Origin: the human T2T-CHM13v2.0 reference genome, Homo sapiens
Length of the DNA: 64,000 bases
Direction: 5' to 3' (one strand)
Assembly: GCF_009914755.1 (NCBI RefSeq)
Contig: NC_060932.1
In this document: one piece after another, positions 1-13,045 of the stretch
Layout: the number at the start of each line of letters is the position of its first letter
How positions within the stretch are numbered: the first letter of the stretch is position 1
Notes under the pieces: model-generated
Seen by the model: only the letters and a program-made list of their open reading frames with translations
Told to the model about the DNA's origin: nothing
Databases searched by the model: none
Made by a program: the position numbers and the translations under genes

Positions 1-15
1 TTGACCTGCTCTTTT
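1..15 (-). pseudogene. Start of next pseudo-exon (partial)
   Basis: Minus strand TTTCTTCTTCCCTTCACATATCCATTTTTCTTTCAACACTTGGTAG|AAAAGAGCAGGTCAA; phase 2 gives (R)KEQV, matching the phase-2 end of exon 532-700; only 15 nt visible. Confidence 0.3.
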
Positions 16-459
16 CTACCAAGTGTTGAAAGAAAAATGGATATGTGAAGGGAAGAAGAAATCAGCTCACTAGCTGATGGCAGTATTGGCAGGTTTAGTA
101 GCTAGTGTCATCATTTCCCAGTCTTCCCTCCTTAGAAATATACCATGGCCATGATGGTTGGTACAGCACTGAGCTGAGAAATTGAACACATCAGTTCTGT
201 GTGGATGGAAGCCGGAGTGCTATGGGGACAGCTGGACTTTAGAGTCTTGCTTCTAGTCTCAGTACTGAATTGCAGGACTCTGAAACACTCGAGTTTATCA
301 AATCATAAATCTTAGCGCTGCAAGTCTCTCTGCTTTATCTCTGCCTATCTGTCCCTGACTCTTTCACTCAAACACGCACGCATTCATTCCTGCTTATTAG
401 GTGTCTGCCTTGTTGATCATATTCTACTGCTTTCTTTCCTCTCCCCTAATTGTCCACAG

Positions 460-744
460 AGGAAGGTGGAAGTATGGGTGCCATTACCTCACACTTCAGA
501 TACCTCTGAGCTGGCCGAGAACCACTCCTACCTCATGTGGACAAGAGATGCCTTTGATAACTTTGGCAATACAAAGTCACTGCTCCTGGAACAAAACTTA
601 TCCTGGAGCTCAGAGAGGGCCATGGTTCAGTTCCCTGCAATGCTGAAAATAACACCAATAATGAGTGAAACTGACCTGAGCGTCCAGCTTCCTCCACTGT
701 CTGCATAGAAACACAGATAGGCACTGGATGGTACCTGCCTCATG
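460..744 (+). other. Plus-strand exon-like segment, possible antisense lncRNA exon
   Basis: Pyrimidine tract with CTAAT branch-like motif, CAG| at 457-459 and ATG|GTAAGT donor at 744/745; stops in every frame. Confidence 0.4.
532..700 (-). pseudogene. Pseudo-exon (D)SGGSWTLRSVSLIIGVIFSIAGN*TMALSELQDKFCSRSSDFVLPKLSKASLVHM(R)
   Basis: GTTTCTATGCAG| acceptor, GAG|GTAGGA donor, 169 nt, phase 1->2, single TGA at 627-629. Confidence 0.55.
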
Positions 745-836
745 GTAAGTGGAACAGTCAGTTCCTCAGGTGTCCTCTTCACTCAGAAATGGCAATGAAA
801 TTTCATCAGGTTGAAACTTGCCAGTGCCTATTTGGC

Positions 837-1124
<288 letters not shown>

Positions 1125-1791
1125 TAGCTGGTGTGCCTGCACAGAAACATCTTTTCTCAATGTGCTTCCTCCACATTCTTCTTCCTTCCGAGTCCTACTG
1201 TTCTCCCCTTCAGGAGGCCACAGCTCACTCTTCACTGAAATTACAACATTCATATTTGCTTTTTGCTCACAGGCTGGTGAGGGAGACAAACAGGATTTAG
1301 ATACATTTCTTGGCCTTAAGAGCTTACAATCTACCTCTTACTAACCTCTTCCTTTATATCATGCTGCAATTGTCCCAGAATATTAAATCATTAACATTCA
1401 ATCCAGGCATATTTATTCTAACACATAGTAAGCAAAGGTGCATCAGAAAACAAAAGAATTGCTAGCAAGCCCTCAGAATGTGAGCAAATGTGCCCAAATG
1501 TACATAGGTGGCTCAGTCTACATTTATTTTGGACCCTTAGTGTGGCATAAACCCATTAGTCCCCAAGACCCAGATATAAAGAAACAACAAACACAAAAGA
1601 AAATGTGTGCCCAATTGGCTCATAGCTTGCATCATAAAACATAATTCCTGAAAATTATATCTTCTGATGAGACATAGTGATATAAAATCATTTATATTTT
1701 ACTTTAGTCTCTATGTGCTCATTTAGATGTTTTAGAATGTAGCATAGAGAAAAGATGCTCAGAAAAGCAAAGCTGTTTAACAATATTAAAC

Positions 1792-2285
1792 CTGAACTGG
1801 TTTTCTCTCAGCTGGACTTTGAAGATGTCTCGTCATGGGCCCAGTGTTCTCCCACCCTGTCAGTCTGTCTGACTACAGGCACTTAGCACAAGGAACAAAT
1901 GGATGTATCCTTAATGGCTTCAACTACGCTTTGTTTTTTGTTTATTTTTAATTTTTCTATATTCATAAGAATCGGGCAATATTGTGTTTCTCCAATATTT
2001 GTTCCGATCCTATTGATTTTTACTGTTTCACTCTTATTTGACCTTTGTTAATTGGAAACTGCAGTTAGTTTCTGTTGACTAAACAGCTACTAATGCTATG
2101 CCTGGTGCAGAGTAGCAGCCTGATTTTGGCAGGATGCAGTGTTGTGTGGCTGAATCTCTCAGCTGTGGAAAACCACTTTGAACTCTGAGACAGGAATTGG
2201 CGTTTCTGCTCAAAAGATTATAAGGGTCACCTGGATCCCTGATGAGGATAGTTTTTAGTTTACTAAGAACCAAGTGGCCTTGACT
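1792..2285 (-). pseudogene. Pseudo-exon beginning SQGHLVLSKLKTILIRDPG; 3' end uncertain
   Basis: GTTTTTGTTGTAG| acceptor, phase 0 matching the previous exon, open for 68 codons. Candidate donors CAG|GTGACC (exon end 2231), CAG|GCATAG (2102) or CAG|GTTTAA (1792, needs one frameshift) all give phase 1, matching exon 532-700. Confidence 0.5.
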
Positions 2286-4043
2286 CTACAACAAAAACCG
2301 AGGCACAATCAAGGCCACAATCTGAATGATTCAAATAGCACTTTAAGGAGTTCCAAGAATTAAATAAAGGAAATAAAAATAAAGCCCCTGGCCCACCTCC
2401 CAGAGAAACCCTGAAGACACATTAAATAATAACTGTGAATGCTTTACATCACATAGGAGGCAAAAAATTTTTTATCTGAAGTGTGAGTCCAATTTCTCTT
2501 ATTTGTAATCATCATGCAGATTACATGATAATTATACTTTAGCTCTGTTGGACTTTGTGATGATTGTTCTTAATTTATCTATTTACAATGCATTTATTTT
2601 GCCCACACTTTCATACTATTTAAAATACTCAATGCAACATGTTCATATACTTATTTATTTAACAGATATTCAGTGAGTGCTAATATGTGCCAGCCACTGC
2701 TGCAATGAAAGCCAATTCCTTACCCTCAAGAAGTCTCCAGTCTAGTGGGAATGTGAGAAAATAAATCAGTAAAATAAAAACGTATCAGGCAGTGGTAAGT
2801 GCCAAGGAGAACAAAAGAGAGGGGAGCAATGTTAGACCAAGTAGCCAGGAAAGGACTCATCAAGAATGCAACTTTTGAGGTGACATCTGAAGGAAAGAGG
2901 GAGCAAGGCATGAAGTTACAGAGTTGGGGGCTTCCAGGAAGATGGAACAGCAAGTGAAGGAGGAGTTTGTGTGGAAAGGCAGGGAGGGGCTGTGAGGAGG
3001 CCATTGCAGGGGTAAAGGAAGCAGAGCAGAGGAACAGGAGTAAAGTCAAAGAGGTCACCCAGGTTGTAGAACACTGATGTATGATGGGAAGCCATTGAGT
3101 GCTCAGCCCCATAATACGACCTGACTCAGAGTATCATGGGATTACTGTGGCTGTCATGTTGTAGATGGTGTAGAAAGGGCTAGGGTGGCAGCAAAGAAAC
3201 CTTGAAGAAATGACCACAGTGATCCAGGTAAAAAATGAAGGTGGTGCATGGCCCACAGTGTGAGCAACAACGTTGATGGGAAATTACTAGATTCCAAGTG
3301 TATTTTGCAGGGAAAAACTGACAAGATGGGCTGTTGGATTGGATGTGAGATATAAGAGAAGGGGATGAGGCAAAGCAAACCCCAGAGATTTTTACAGGAG
3401 CAATTGCAAGGCTGGTAATGGAGTTAAAGAAGAAGTAGGCTTGGTGAAATTCAGGAGTTCAGTTCTGGACAGGATATATTTGAGATGCTGAACAGCCGTC
3501 CGAGTAGACAGGTTGAGTAAGCAATTGAATATAGAAGTTTGGAATGCAAGGAAAAGATCTGAGCCATAGATATGAACTTAGGAGTCATTAGAAACAGATG
3601 TTATTTAGAGCCATGAGAATAGGTGAGATCTCAAAGGAAGAAGTGGAAATAGGGGGAAGCCCTGGAGTGCCCTGTCCTGAAGGGAGGAAGTGGAACCAGC
3701 ACAGAAGACTAAGAAAGACAGACTAGGAAAACCAGGCCTGTGTCCCCTCCTGGAGGCTGAATGAACAGCAAATTTCAAATAAGAGCAATCCACTGTGTCA
3801 ACTTGCCAAGAGGCCCAGATGCCCACATTTAGCAGCTCAGAAATCATGACGATATTGAGGAGGAATTTCAGTAGCAACAGAGAGGCAAAATAGGTTCAAG
3901 GGAGAATGAGAGGTGGCAAATTGAAGCCTTTAACTGGAGACAATTGTTTTAAGGGATTTTTCAAAAAATAAAAGGGTGGTTGCTAGAGGAGGAAGTAAAG
4001 ACAATTTTTTTTCTTATGAGATGAGAAATAACAAGTTTGTCAA

Positions 4044-5005
4044 CTGCGTTAGTGTCCTGTGACTTCCATAGCAAATTACCACAAACTGGGTGGCTTACGA
4101 GAGAAATTTATTGTCTCCCTGTGAAGAAGGAATCAATGAAATCAACTATAACCTAACAGTAGTAGTAACAAAAATTTTAAAATCCTCTTAAAGTTGCTGC
4201 AAAGTGTGACACCCCCACCACCTTACACTCAAGTTAAAAGGGAATATTAACAGCCTGTCTTCTCTCTGCGGACAGCGGACCTTATCTATACTCCCCAACT
4301 CCACATTCCTCAGAGTTTATTACAGACCTAGCGAGTTCCTGCACGGCTGCAGGGTCACAAGACCGGTAAGTTTAGGTTGCAAGACATGTTTCTCTCAAGA
4401 TGTAAGAAATGTTGTAATGCTGCCTTTGTTTCTTGCTTCTGTAACTCGATTCCCGCTTCACATAATTCCTGCCTTAAGATGTTTAAAAGTAGGAAAAGCC
4501 CTTTATTCGGGGCTCAGACTTTCTGAACGTATGTCCGGCTGAGCTGGTGATCACCTTAATTTAATAAACTCTCCTGAAGCTTTTTCAGTCTCTGCAGTCT
4601 TTGATTGTCCCACACCATTTCGTCTGGATGCTGAAAGTCTAAAATCAGTTTCAGCAGGGCCCTGTTCCCCCAGAGGGAATAGTTGAAAATCTGTTCCTTG
4701 CCTCTTTCAACTTCTGGTGGTTGCCAATATTTATTGGCTTGTGGCCACATCACTCCAATCTCGGCCTCTGTGGTTACATTTCCTCCTTCCTTTGTGTCTA
4801 TCTCAAATGTCCCTTTGTCTCTGTCTTATAAAGATGCATGTGATTACATTTAGGGCACATCTGGATAATCCAGGATTATCTCCACATCGAAAGATCCTTA
4901 ACTTAATAATATCTACACAAACTCTTTTTCCAAATAAGGTAACACTCACAGGTCTGGGGGATTAGGGCGTGGACATATCTTTGGGAGCCATTATCAGTCC
5001 ACCAC
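4044..5005 (-). mobile_element. MaLR LTR (MLT1C-like), split by a nested LTR
   Basis: Typical MLT1 ends: CAAATTACCACAAACTGGGTGGCTTA and AAATAAGGTAACACTCACAGG...GATTAGGGCGTGGACATATCTT. Confidence 0.8.
4122..4617 (+). mobile_element. ERV1-class solo LTR (LTR15-like)
   Basis: TG...CA ends, TATA-like TTTAAAAG, TTCGGGGCTC and AATAAA motifs typical of class I LTRs; nested within MLT1. Confidence 0.7.
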
Positions 5006-5879
5006 ATTAGCAGATGACAAGGATCTAACAGAGAGAATAAAATGATAATGCAGGAGAGGGGAGAATTACTGAAGCAATGCCCTTGAGAAGGGCAGAAGGG
5101 ACTGGATCTAGTCAACAAAGTAGAGAGGTGAGCCATACCTTGGAGCATGGACAATTCATTTATAGTATTATTGGTAACATAATTTTATTCTTTAGTTTCA
5201 GAAGAATTTATCTAAAGTAAGTGTACACTCAGGTCTTTATTTGTATTAGTTCCCTATAGCTGCTTAACAAACTATTACAAATTTGGCAGTTTAAGGCCAC
5301 AAAAAAAAATAAATTAAATATAAATAAATAAATATGAGAGGCATATATATGTTGTAACTCCCTTTACTGTTGCCATGAAGTATAATCTAATCACAGGGGG
5401 ATATCCATAACTTTTGCCATATACTGTTGCTCAGGAGCAAATCACACGCCTGTCCATGTTCACGAGAGGAATTCCACAAGTTGTGAGCACCAGGAGGTGG
5501 AGTTCACTGGGGTTCTGTCCACCACATTAATGATAAAGGTCAAAAGTGGGTAAAATATATCAGATTCATAGATTTAGGTAATTCTTGCATTTTTTATCAT
5601 TAAAAAAGAAAACAGACAAGGATACCTGTGTACGGCACTTGGGATTAAAGTAGGACTCTGCTTTTACACAATTTGAGTGTAACCTTAGAACAGAAAATGA
5701 ATGAAGCAAGAAATCAGGAAGAGGTAGTTTAGAATTTTTAAAAATCAACAAGTTTCTCCCTCAAAAAGGTATATTTGGTTCACTTTTCTTATTCTAATCA
5801 CATGCACAAGGATTGGTGTGCTCTAAATATTCTAATTGCATTGACATGAGAAAATAGCACTGGATTTTGTTGACAGGGT

Positions 5880-6490
5880 GTTAGGCACTTATTTTATTCA
5901 CTGGCATCATGGTCAAATTACTCTGTCAAAGCCTCCATTTCTCTATCTGCAAATAGAGACAATAAAGTTTTCTATCCCAAGGCATTGTTGTGTGAATGAA
6001 ATCAGACAATCCATTCGCAATGATCATCACAGCACCTGACAGGTAGTAAGAGCTCCATAAACATTATTACATTTATTATTATTATCCTAACTCAGTCTAT
6101 GGCCAGAATTTGACAGACCCATAAAAATAAGAAAACATATGCAATAGGTTATGTGCCCAATTGATTGTTTTAACTGAACTTGTTGTTTGTTTATATTATC
6201 TTCCAAATAGCTCCCACATAAAAAGATCAAAGGGCACAACCATATAGTGGTTATCATGGAAAGTTCTGAATTTTGCTTGCTTTTGAATTCTGTTTTCTCC
6301 ACTTCAAGCTGTGCAGCCTTGGAAAGGTTAACCTCCATGTGGCTCAGTTAACTTCCATGTAGCTGCCTGGTTATAAATTGAGGATAACTGTGGTATTCCA
6401 CTCGGGGGTGGTTAAGATTACATGGGATAATTCACTGGGTCAAGCAATTAACCCAGTGCCTGGCCAAGGGCAAGTATTCAGTATACAGTA
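5880..6490 (+). mobile_element. Two MIR remnants
   Basis: MIR core-like CCTCCATTTCTCTATCTGCAAATAG and GTGCAGCCTTGGAAAGGTTAACCTC segments. Confidence 0.55.
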
Positions 6491-6981
6491 GCCAGAACAA
6501 CAAATTAGTCCAACAAATAATAACCAAGCCCTTAGAAACATCAATAAGACAAGTGTTACCTATTTAATACATGTGGGTATTTTTCTGCGTGTTTCATTAC
6601 TTGCTTCTGATTGTGAGGCAAGTCAGTATTGATATTCCAATTTGGGGATTAAGGACCAGTAATATAGTTTTTGGGATTTCAAGACCCATGAATTAAAAAA
6701 AAAAAAAAAGTTTAGAGCCAGAAAAAAAAAGTATTTTATTTTGTTAAGCAAGAAAAAAAATCAGTTTTATAGAATCAAAAAAGCAGAAAGAACATAGTCA
6801 CAATGTAGAGATCAGCATTTCAAATTCAATGAATTTGGCTTCATGAAAACTAGTTTTTTTTTTTTTAAGGATGTGTGAAAACTGTATCTTGGACCAGTGC
6901 TGCTTGCAAAGCAGTGATTAGGAAATATGGGGCTATGATAAATGTAATTGCAAGAGCCAAAATATGGGTTGATAAGCAAAC

Positions 6982-7204
6982 CTGTAGGGAGAATTTCACT
7001 TCTGCAGCTGCAAGCATGAGAGACAACCTGCCCCAGCTCTGCTCATGGAAACACTGGGAAGATGCCTGTGGTTGTGATTCGGAGCCTAAGTCACCAGAAG
7101 AAAGGTCCTGTGTAAATCGTGAGCCCAGTTACTCATAATTGTCATCACCATATTCATCTGTTACATTCTTTGTCATAGAGAGACATAGTCATCTTTGAAA
7201 TTTT
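6982..7204 (-). pseudogene. Pseudo-exon (R)KFQR*LCLSMTKNVTDEYGDDNYE*LGSRFTQDLSSGDLGSESQPQASSQCFHEQSWGRLSLMLAAAEVKFSLQ
   Basis: GTTATTCATCCAG| acceptor, CAG|GTTTGC donor, 223 nt, phase 2->0; TGA at 7189-7191 and TAA at 7129-7131. Confidence 0.6.
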
Positions 7205-8078
7205 CTGGATGAATAACAACATATTGTTACTCATTTTTTCTTATCCCTCTCCTTTTTCATCACCTTTTTAACCTATTCAACCTTATCGTAACAAGTTCCT
7301 CAGGCCTGACTATACTCTAAAGTCTCCAAGACAGGCATTAGCATTTGAAAATCTGAAGTTGAGGTACACTCCAGGAACTTTCATATTTTAATGTACTTTT
7401 AGCAGCTTTGGAAAGTTAATGGGAACTGAATTATATTTAATGCTATTTAAAAGGAAAGTCCCTTTACTCACAAATATGTGCTTTATAATGAATTTCTAAT
7501 CATAAGCACTTCAGCGTCAAGTTTCTTCGCAATATGTATATAAGATTAATTTTTTGACAGCCCTTTGTAATTCACACTTTTACCAGAAGCAAAGGAGGCT
7601 CTGCAATAAGCCGTTTTCTTTCACTTCATTTTGTGCATAATGAGCCAGAGTCTCTAACATGATATCAGAGAGCCAGTCCAGGCTGAACAAAGAGAAAGAA
7701 AATGGAAAGACTGGATATTGTTTGTCTGAGAGGTGAAATGGGTGGAAGCATTAAGTGATGCTCTATCACTCTATCACATGAGGGGGGAGCCACGGCACAT
7801 TTAGGCTTTCTCCTGAGCTAGGGCATTTCTTTGGACTCTTATTTCTTCATGGGAAATTTGAACTTTTGTGAAAAGGTGGAAACTTCATCTCACAAAGAAA
7901 ATCTCATTATGAGAGTGAGGATTAAAGAGGCCTTTGCTCTCAAGGAGGAACACACTGTCTTTAGTTCACTGTTCAAAAATTTCCATCCAAATTTAAGATA
8001 AAAATGTACATCAGCAACACAAAGGTAGAGATGCTGTGAAGGGGAAGTGACAGAGGACCATTTAGAATTGCATTATCT

Positions 8079-8382
8079 GGCCAGGCGCGGTGGCTCACGC
8101 CTGTAATCCCAACACTTTGGGAGGCCCAGGCGGGCAGATCACCTGAGGTCAGGAGTTCGAGACCAGCCTGGCCAACATGGGGAAACCCCGTCTCTACTAA
8201 AAATACAAAACTTAGCCTGGTGTGGTGGTGGGTGCCTGTAATCCCAGCTACTCAAGAGTCTGAGGCAGGAGAATCGCTTGTTTCCAGGAGGCGGAGGTTA
8301 CAGTGAGCTGAGATTGTGCCATTGCTCTCCAGCCTGGGTGACAGAGCGAGACTCCGCCCCCCATGCCCCCCCCCACAAAAAA
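8079..8382 (+). mobile_element. AluS (Sx-like) with C-rich degenerate tail
   Basis: Full Alu dimer; 13-bp TSD AATTGCATTA(T/C)CT at 8066-8078 and 8383-8395. Confidence 0.95.
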
Positions 8383-8393
8383 AATTGCATTAC

Positions 8394-8527
8394 CTGAACT
8401 CAGGCACGTCTGCAACTGGGCCATCTACAGCAACAAATGGCAGTTCTTGAGAGGAAATCATGGAGACTGAAGGAATCAATGGTGATGAGAAAAGGGCTTT
8501 TTCCTCTCCTCAGCCTCCTGTAGCAAT
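8394..8527 (-). pseudogene. Pseudo-exon [43 protein letters not shown](R)
   Basis: TTTCTGGTATTCATAG| acceptor, CAG|GTAATG donor, 134 nt, phase 0->2; one TGA at 8510-8512. Confidence 0.65.
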
Positions 8528-8849
8528 CTATGAATACCAGAAACAAATCTAGTAACTGTCAATTTTCTGAATTTAAACCCCAGTGAACCAGAGACCAAAG
8601 ACACAAACTGTAGTGGAAATGAGGGAAAGAAAAAAGGGGACATGTTCAAGAGCTCTTTAAACTTCACCTTGTAGGTTTCTGTAAAGAAGATAAGAAAATA
8701 TGACTGTGACTTAGTCATATTTCAGTGACTCAAAATGTCACTGAAAATAGTTGTTTATAATTACTTAGTAGTATTTTCTTTTCTTTTTAGCTTCAATTGC
8801 ATAGGTACAGACTTCGACCAAAGATTAGGTTTAATAAAAGAGATAGAAA

Positions 8850-9650
8850 AACCACTTCCAGTTTTAGCTCTGACATGAAATGAGGTTAGAAGTCACCACT
8901 CTCATCCTTAACATAAGTAAAAATGGAACAAATGGAAAAGGAATGACCTTTCTTGGACTCATCAGAGAACTGAGGTTGCAAAGCAAACCCCTACTCTGAA
9001 ATCTGAAAAGACAGGAGAATCTAGAGAGTCACACCTGAGATCTGCTTACCTACAGCAGAAGCCACAAGAGCCAGAAACTAGAAAGAACATTTAAATGAAA
9101 GCTTTGATAAATTGCTGGAGGCTGGTTGAGTATGGTCTAATGTGAGAGTGAGAAATTCCTGGGGGCAACAGTCTTGTGCGGGGTTGGGCCGGGGAGGACA
9201 CTTCGATTCTTTAAGTCCAGGAACCTCACTAAGTTTTCACGGTAAAAACCCAAGAAAGCCCTTTGATGTGTCTAGCAGGGTGAAGGGAAGAGTAACAATG
9301 ATGAAGTAAGTCAAGAGGTTTCTCTCTAACAAAGTCTACTCTCTAACAAAAAAAGACTTTCCCAGAGCTGAATACTTAACAAACATAAGAAAAGTTATTA
9401 GATTTCATTAATGATCAAGAAATATAATGTAAAAATGAGACACAATTTTTATCAAAATATATTGACAAAAATTTTAAAGCCTAACGAAATCAAGTGTTTA
9501 TTGGGATGTTTGGTGAAGTTGGAACTCTCATCCTTTGAACAAATTTGTTAGTATTCAACTAAATATGTTCATGCCCTATAATTTTACTTCTGGGCATAAA
9601 CTCTAGAGAAAAGTCTTACACATGTATATAGGAAGACCTATACAAGCATG
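8850..9650 (+). mobile_element. Old L1M fragments (5' region and 3' ORF2 piece)
   Basis: L1M 5'-like start CTTCCAGTTTTAGCTCTGACATG and A-rich degenerate L1 sequence. Confidence 0.55.
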
Positions 9651-9657
9651 TTGTGAC

Positions 9658-10008
<351 letters not shown>

Positions 10009-10206
10009 TAAATGAAGCCGTTTAAAATGAAAAAAATATAAAGACTCTGATAGGTTGAAAGTAAAGGGATAGAAATAGATACAACACTCTAATACTAATT
10101 TTTTTAAAAAAGACTGGAGTAGATATATTAATTTCAGATAAAGCAGACTTCAGAACACCAACAATTATCACAAATAAAGATAAGCATAATAAAGAGCTTA
10201 CTTAGT

Positions 10207-10635
<429 letters not shown>

Positions 10636-11205
10636 CTTCATAGTGGAGAACACTGAAAAACACTGCTTGAACCAGGTGATGAAGGTAAAAACCAGCAGTG
10701 ATGAGTTGTCTTGATACTATGTATCTGTGGTATGATATGAAGAAAATGGTATTTCAGCGCTGTAGTCTTCCTCTCCAAAACATATAACCCGAGTCTAATA
10801 AAAATAAAAATATCAGAAATATCTTAATTGAAGGACATTCTACAAAAATACCTGATTGGGACTCCTCAAAGCTGTCAAAGTCATCAAAAGCAAGGAAAGT
10901 CTGAGAAACTGTCACAGCCAAGAAAAAACTAAGAGGAGATGACACCTAAGTGTAACGTATGTCCTGGATGGAATCCGGGGATATAAAAGAGACATTAGGT
11001 AAAAACTGAGGAAATCCGAATGAAGTATGGACTTTAGTTAATAACATGTCCATACTGGTTGTTTTACTGTGACAAATGTACCATACTAAACTAGGATGTG
11101 AATAATAGGGTAAACTGAACACTATATATAGAGGAGCTCTCTGTACTATCTCCACAATTTTTTGTAATCTAAAACTGTTCTAAAAATAAATTTTATTTAA
11201 AAATA
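10636..11205 (+). mobile_element. L1MC 3' UTR
   Basis: L1MC-type 3' end finishing in TAATCTAAAACTGTTCTAAAAATAAA. Confidence 0.75.
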
Positions 11206-12494
11206 ATAAGATACAATAATTTGATTTTCCGTTCTTCTTTCAAGCTTTGGAAGCAGTCTCAAAGGAGATATTAAGACTCACTAGAGAGCTAAGTTTGAGA
11301 GGTAAGTTTGTGGGCTTTTTTTGTAAGAACAGAGCCCCAGAGAAGCCACTCTCCAACCAACAAATCCTTCTCTGAAAGAGTTCATCAGTGAATACTACTC
11401 ATAAGAACTTACTGTCCCAGAAGACAGGTAAGGAAATATCCACTACAGCAAATGAGTATGGTGTTTGAGTAAAGATAAAATGGATGGAATTTAGGATTAT
11501 GTAGTCAAAGGGAATTGAAGTTAAAGCCACTTCCCAACTGTGGATTTATATAGCTCTTATAGAAGCAGCAACATGCCTAAAGTGATAGACACATGTGAAT
11601 ATTCAAAGAATGCAATCACTAGAGCCATATCTTCAAGTCATTATGGGTCCAAACAACAGCTTTTGTCTTCTGTGAGAACCAGAAATATTATCTGGAAACA
11701 TCTGATTTTTAATTCAGAAGCTGTAGCTGCCAGAAAAAACTAGGGGACGCCCATGTGGGAACTATATAACTGTGTATCTTTTAAGTGATATCTTTAAAGC
11801 AATTTTTATTCTCTTTAAACGGTCCTGAAATCTTATTGCTAGTGTTTCTCCACTTAAATATTTTGACATTATTTTTTCATCATTTACTATGTACATTTAT
11901 GTACAAATCTAAATTTAGTCTTTTACATTTATTAGCTGTTGTCTTTTGAAAGATAAATTAGATCAATATATTCTTCCCTGCACTTCATCTTTCATAACAC
12001 AGTTCAAGAATTTCATTGAGCTAAAAAAAAACCTAACGTAAAAGTAAAATTATTGTTGAATTGAACAAACATAGATAATATAACATGTGTTTATCTACTT
12101 GTAATTCTCCACTTAGAGGGATTTTCACTTTTTTTTATGTTTGCTCTTTATTTCATCACTTTGTGTCATTTTGTTGCCTGCCTACCTCCCTTACCAAGAT
12201 AATTTCAAATTTAATCATTCTCACAATAATATATCTCAAAATTATTTAAATGCAAAAAGTAAAAGCAGCTGCACTGATGTGCAAGTGTTAAATCCCTCAG
12301 GTTCTGAGACTTGAACTGAGCATATATGATCTTAAAACAAAAATGTGCCTCAAGAACCAGCCCTTGATAAGTTGGGAAGTGTTACCACAGTGAGCGTCAT
12401 CATGTCACTCTGTCCCACTTCTGCTCTTTTCATATTACCATCTGCTAACCTGAGATAGGCAAGCTATAGCCGAGTAGTCAAGAGTCAACTTTAC

Positions 12495-12660
12495 CTTCTT
12501 TAAGAAAAAGTCCTCTAACGGCCTCAAAACATGACATGCAACACAGCCCCCTGGTGCTCCAAGTCCCTCCCGCAGCACTTCTTCCATTTCCCGAAGTTCC
12601 AAGCAGTAGTAAGTTATTTGCTCCCTGTAGGGTTTCATTTCCTCAGTTGTGTAAAGAAAT
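12495..12660 (-). pseudogene. Best-preserved pseudo-exon (G)FLYTTEEMKPYREQITYYCLELREMEEVLREGLGAPGGCVACHVLRPLEDFFLKK
   Basis: AATCACAG| acceptor, AAG|GTAAAG donor, 166 nt, phase 2->0, fully open, helical-looking composition. Confidence 0.75.
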
Positions 12661-13045
12661 CTGTGATTCTATGTGACAGTGAATAGAATTTAATCCTCTG
12701 TATTGAGCTGGATCCTTAAAAACTATAAGACTGTTTCATTTTTTCATTTATTATAATTGAAAGACAATTCTGAGGGAAAACATTCTGGAAAAAAGACATT
12801 TTTAAAGAATACCTTGGCTTCTTGTTAGGAGAGCTGTCCTTTTGCTTTCACGGCATTGCAAGAGAATCCCAGGGACCTTACTTAGCCATGCCAACTTGCT
12901 ATTAAAAATTGAATCCCATTCTATTCAATTGGCACAAAAATCAAGCAGTCATTTGTTTTCTTAAATTGTTTCAGATTCATAAGAATAAGTTATCCAGATT
13001 TTCCTTCATTGAAGCTAATATTTCAAGGTTTTCTTTTTTTCCTAC

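Larger units (their letters stand above)
2650..5160 (-). mobile_element. L2 LINE remnant, interrupted by LTRs at ~4044-5005
   Basis: Reverse L2 3' end (TTATTTAACAGATATTCAGTGAGTGCTAATATGTGCCAG) followed by purine-rich L2 body that resumes after 5010. Confidence 0.75.

Noticed and set aside
8476-8718. 80-aa minus ORF using the upstream acceptor at ~8608
   Set aside because: Reads through intron-like sequence in a frame that does not fit the flanking exons; the acceptor at 8528 gives a consistent phase
11412-11730. Extra minus-strand exon between 12495 and 8527
   Set aside because: Has AG and GTAAGT-like ends but several stops in every frame, and the neighbouring exons already join in phase
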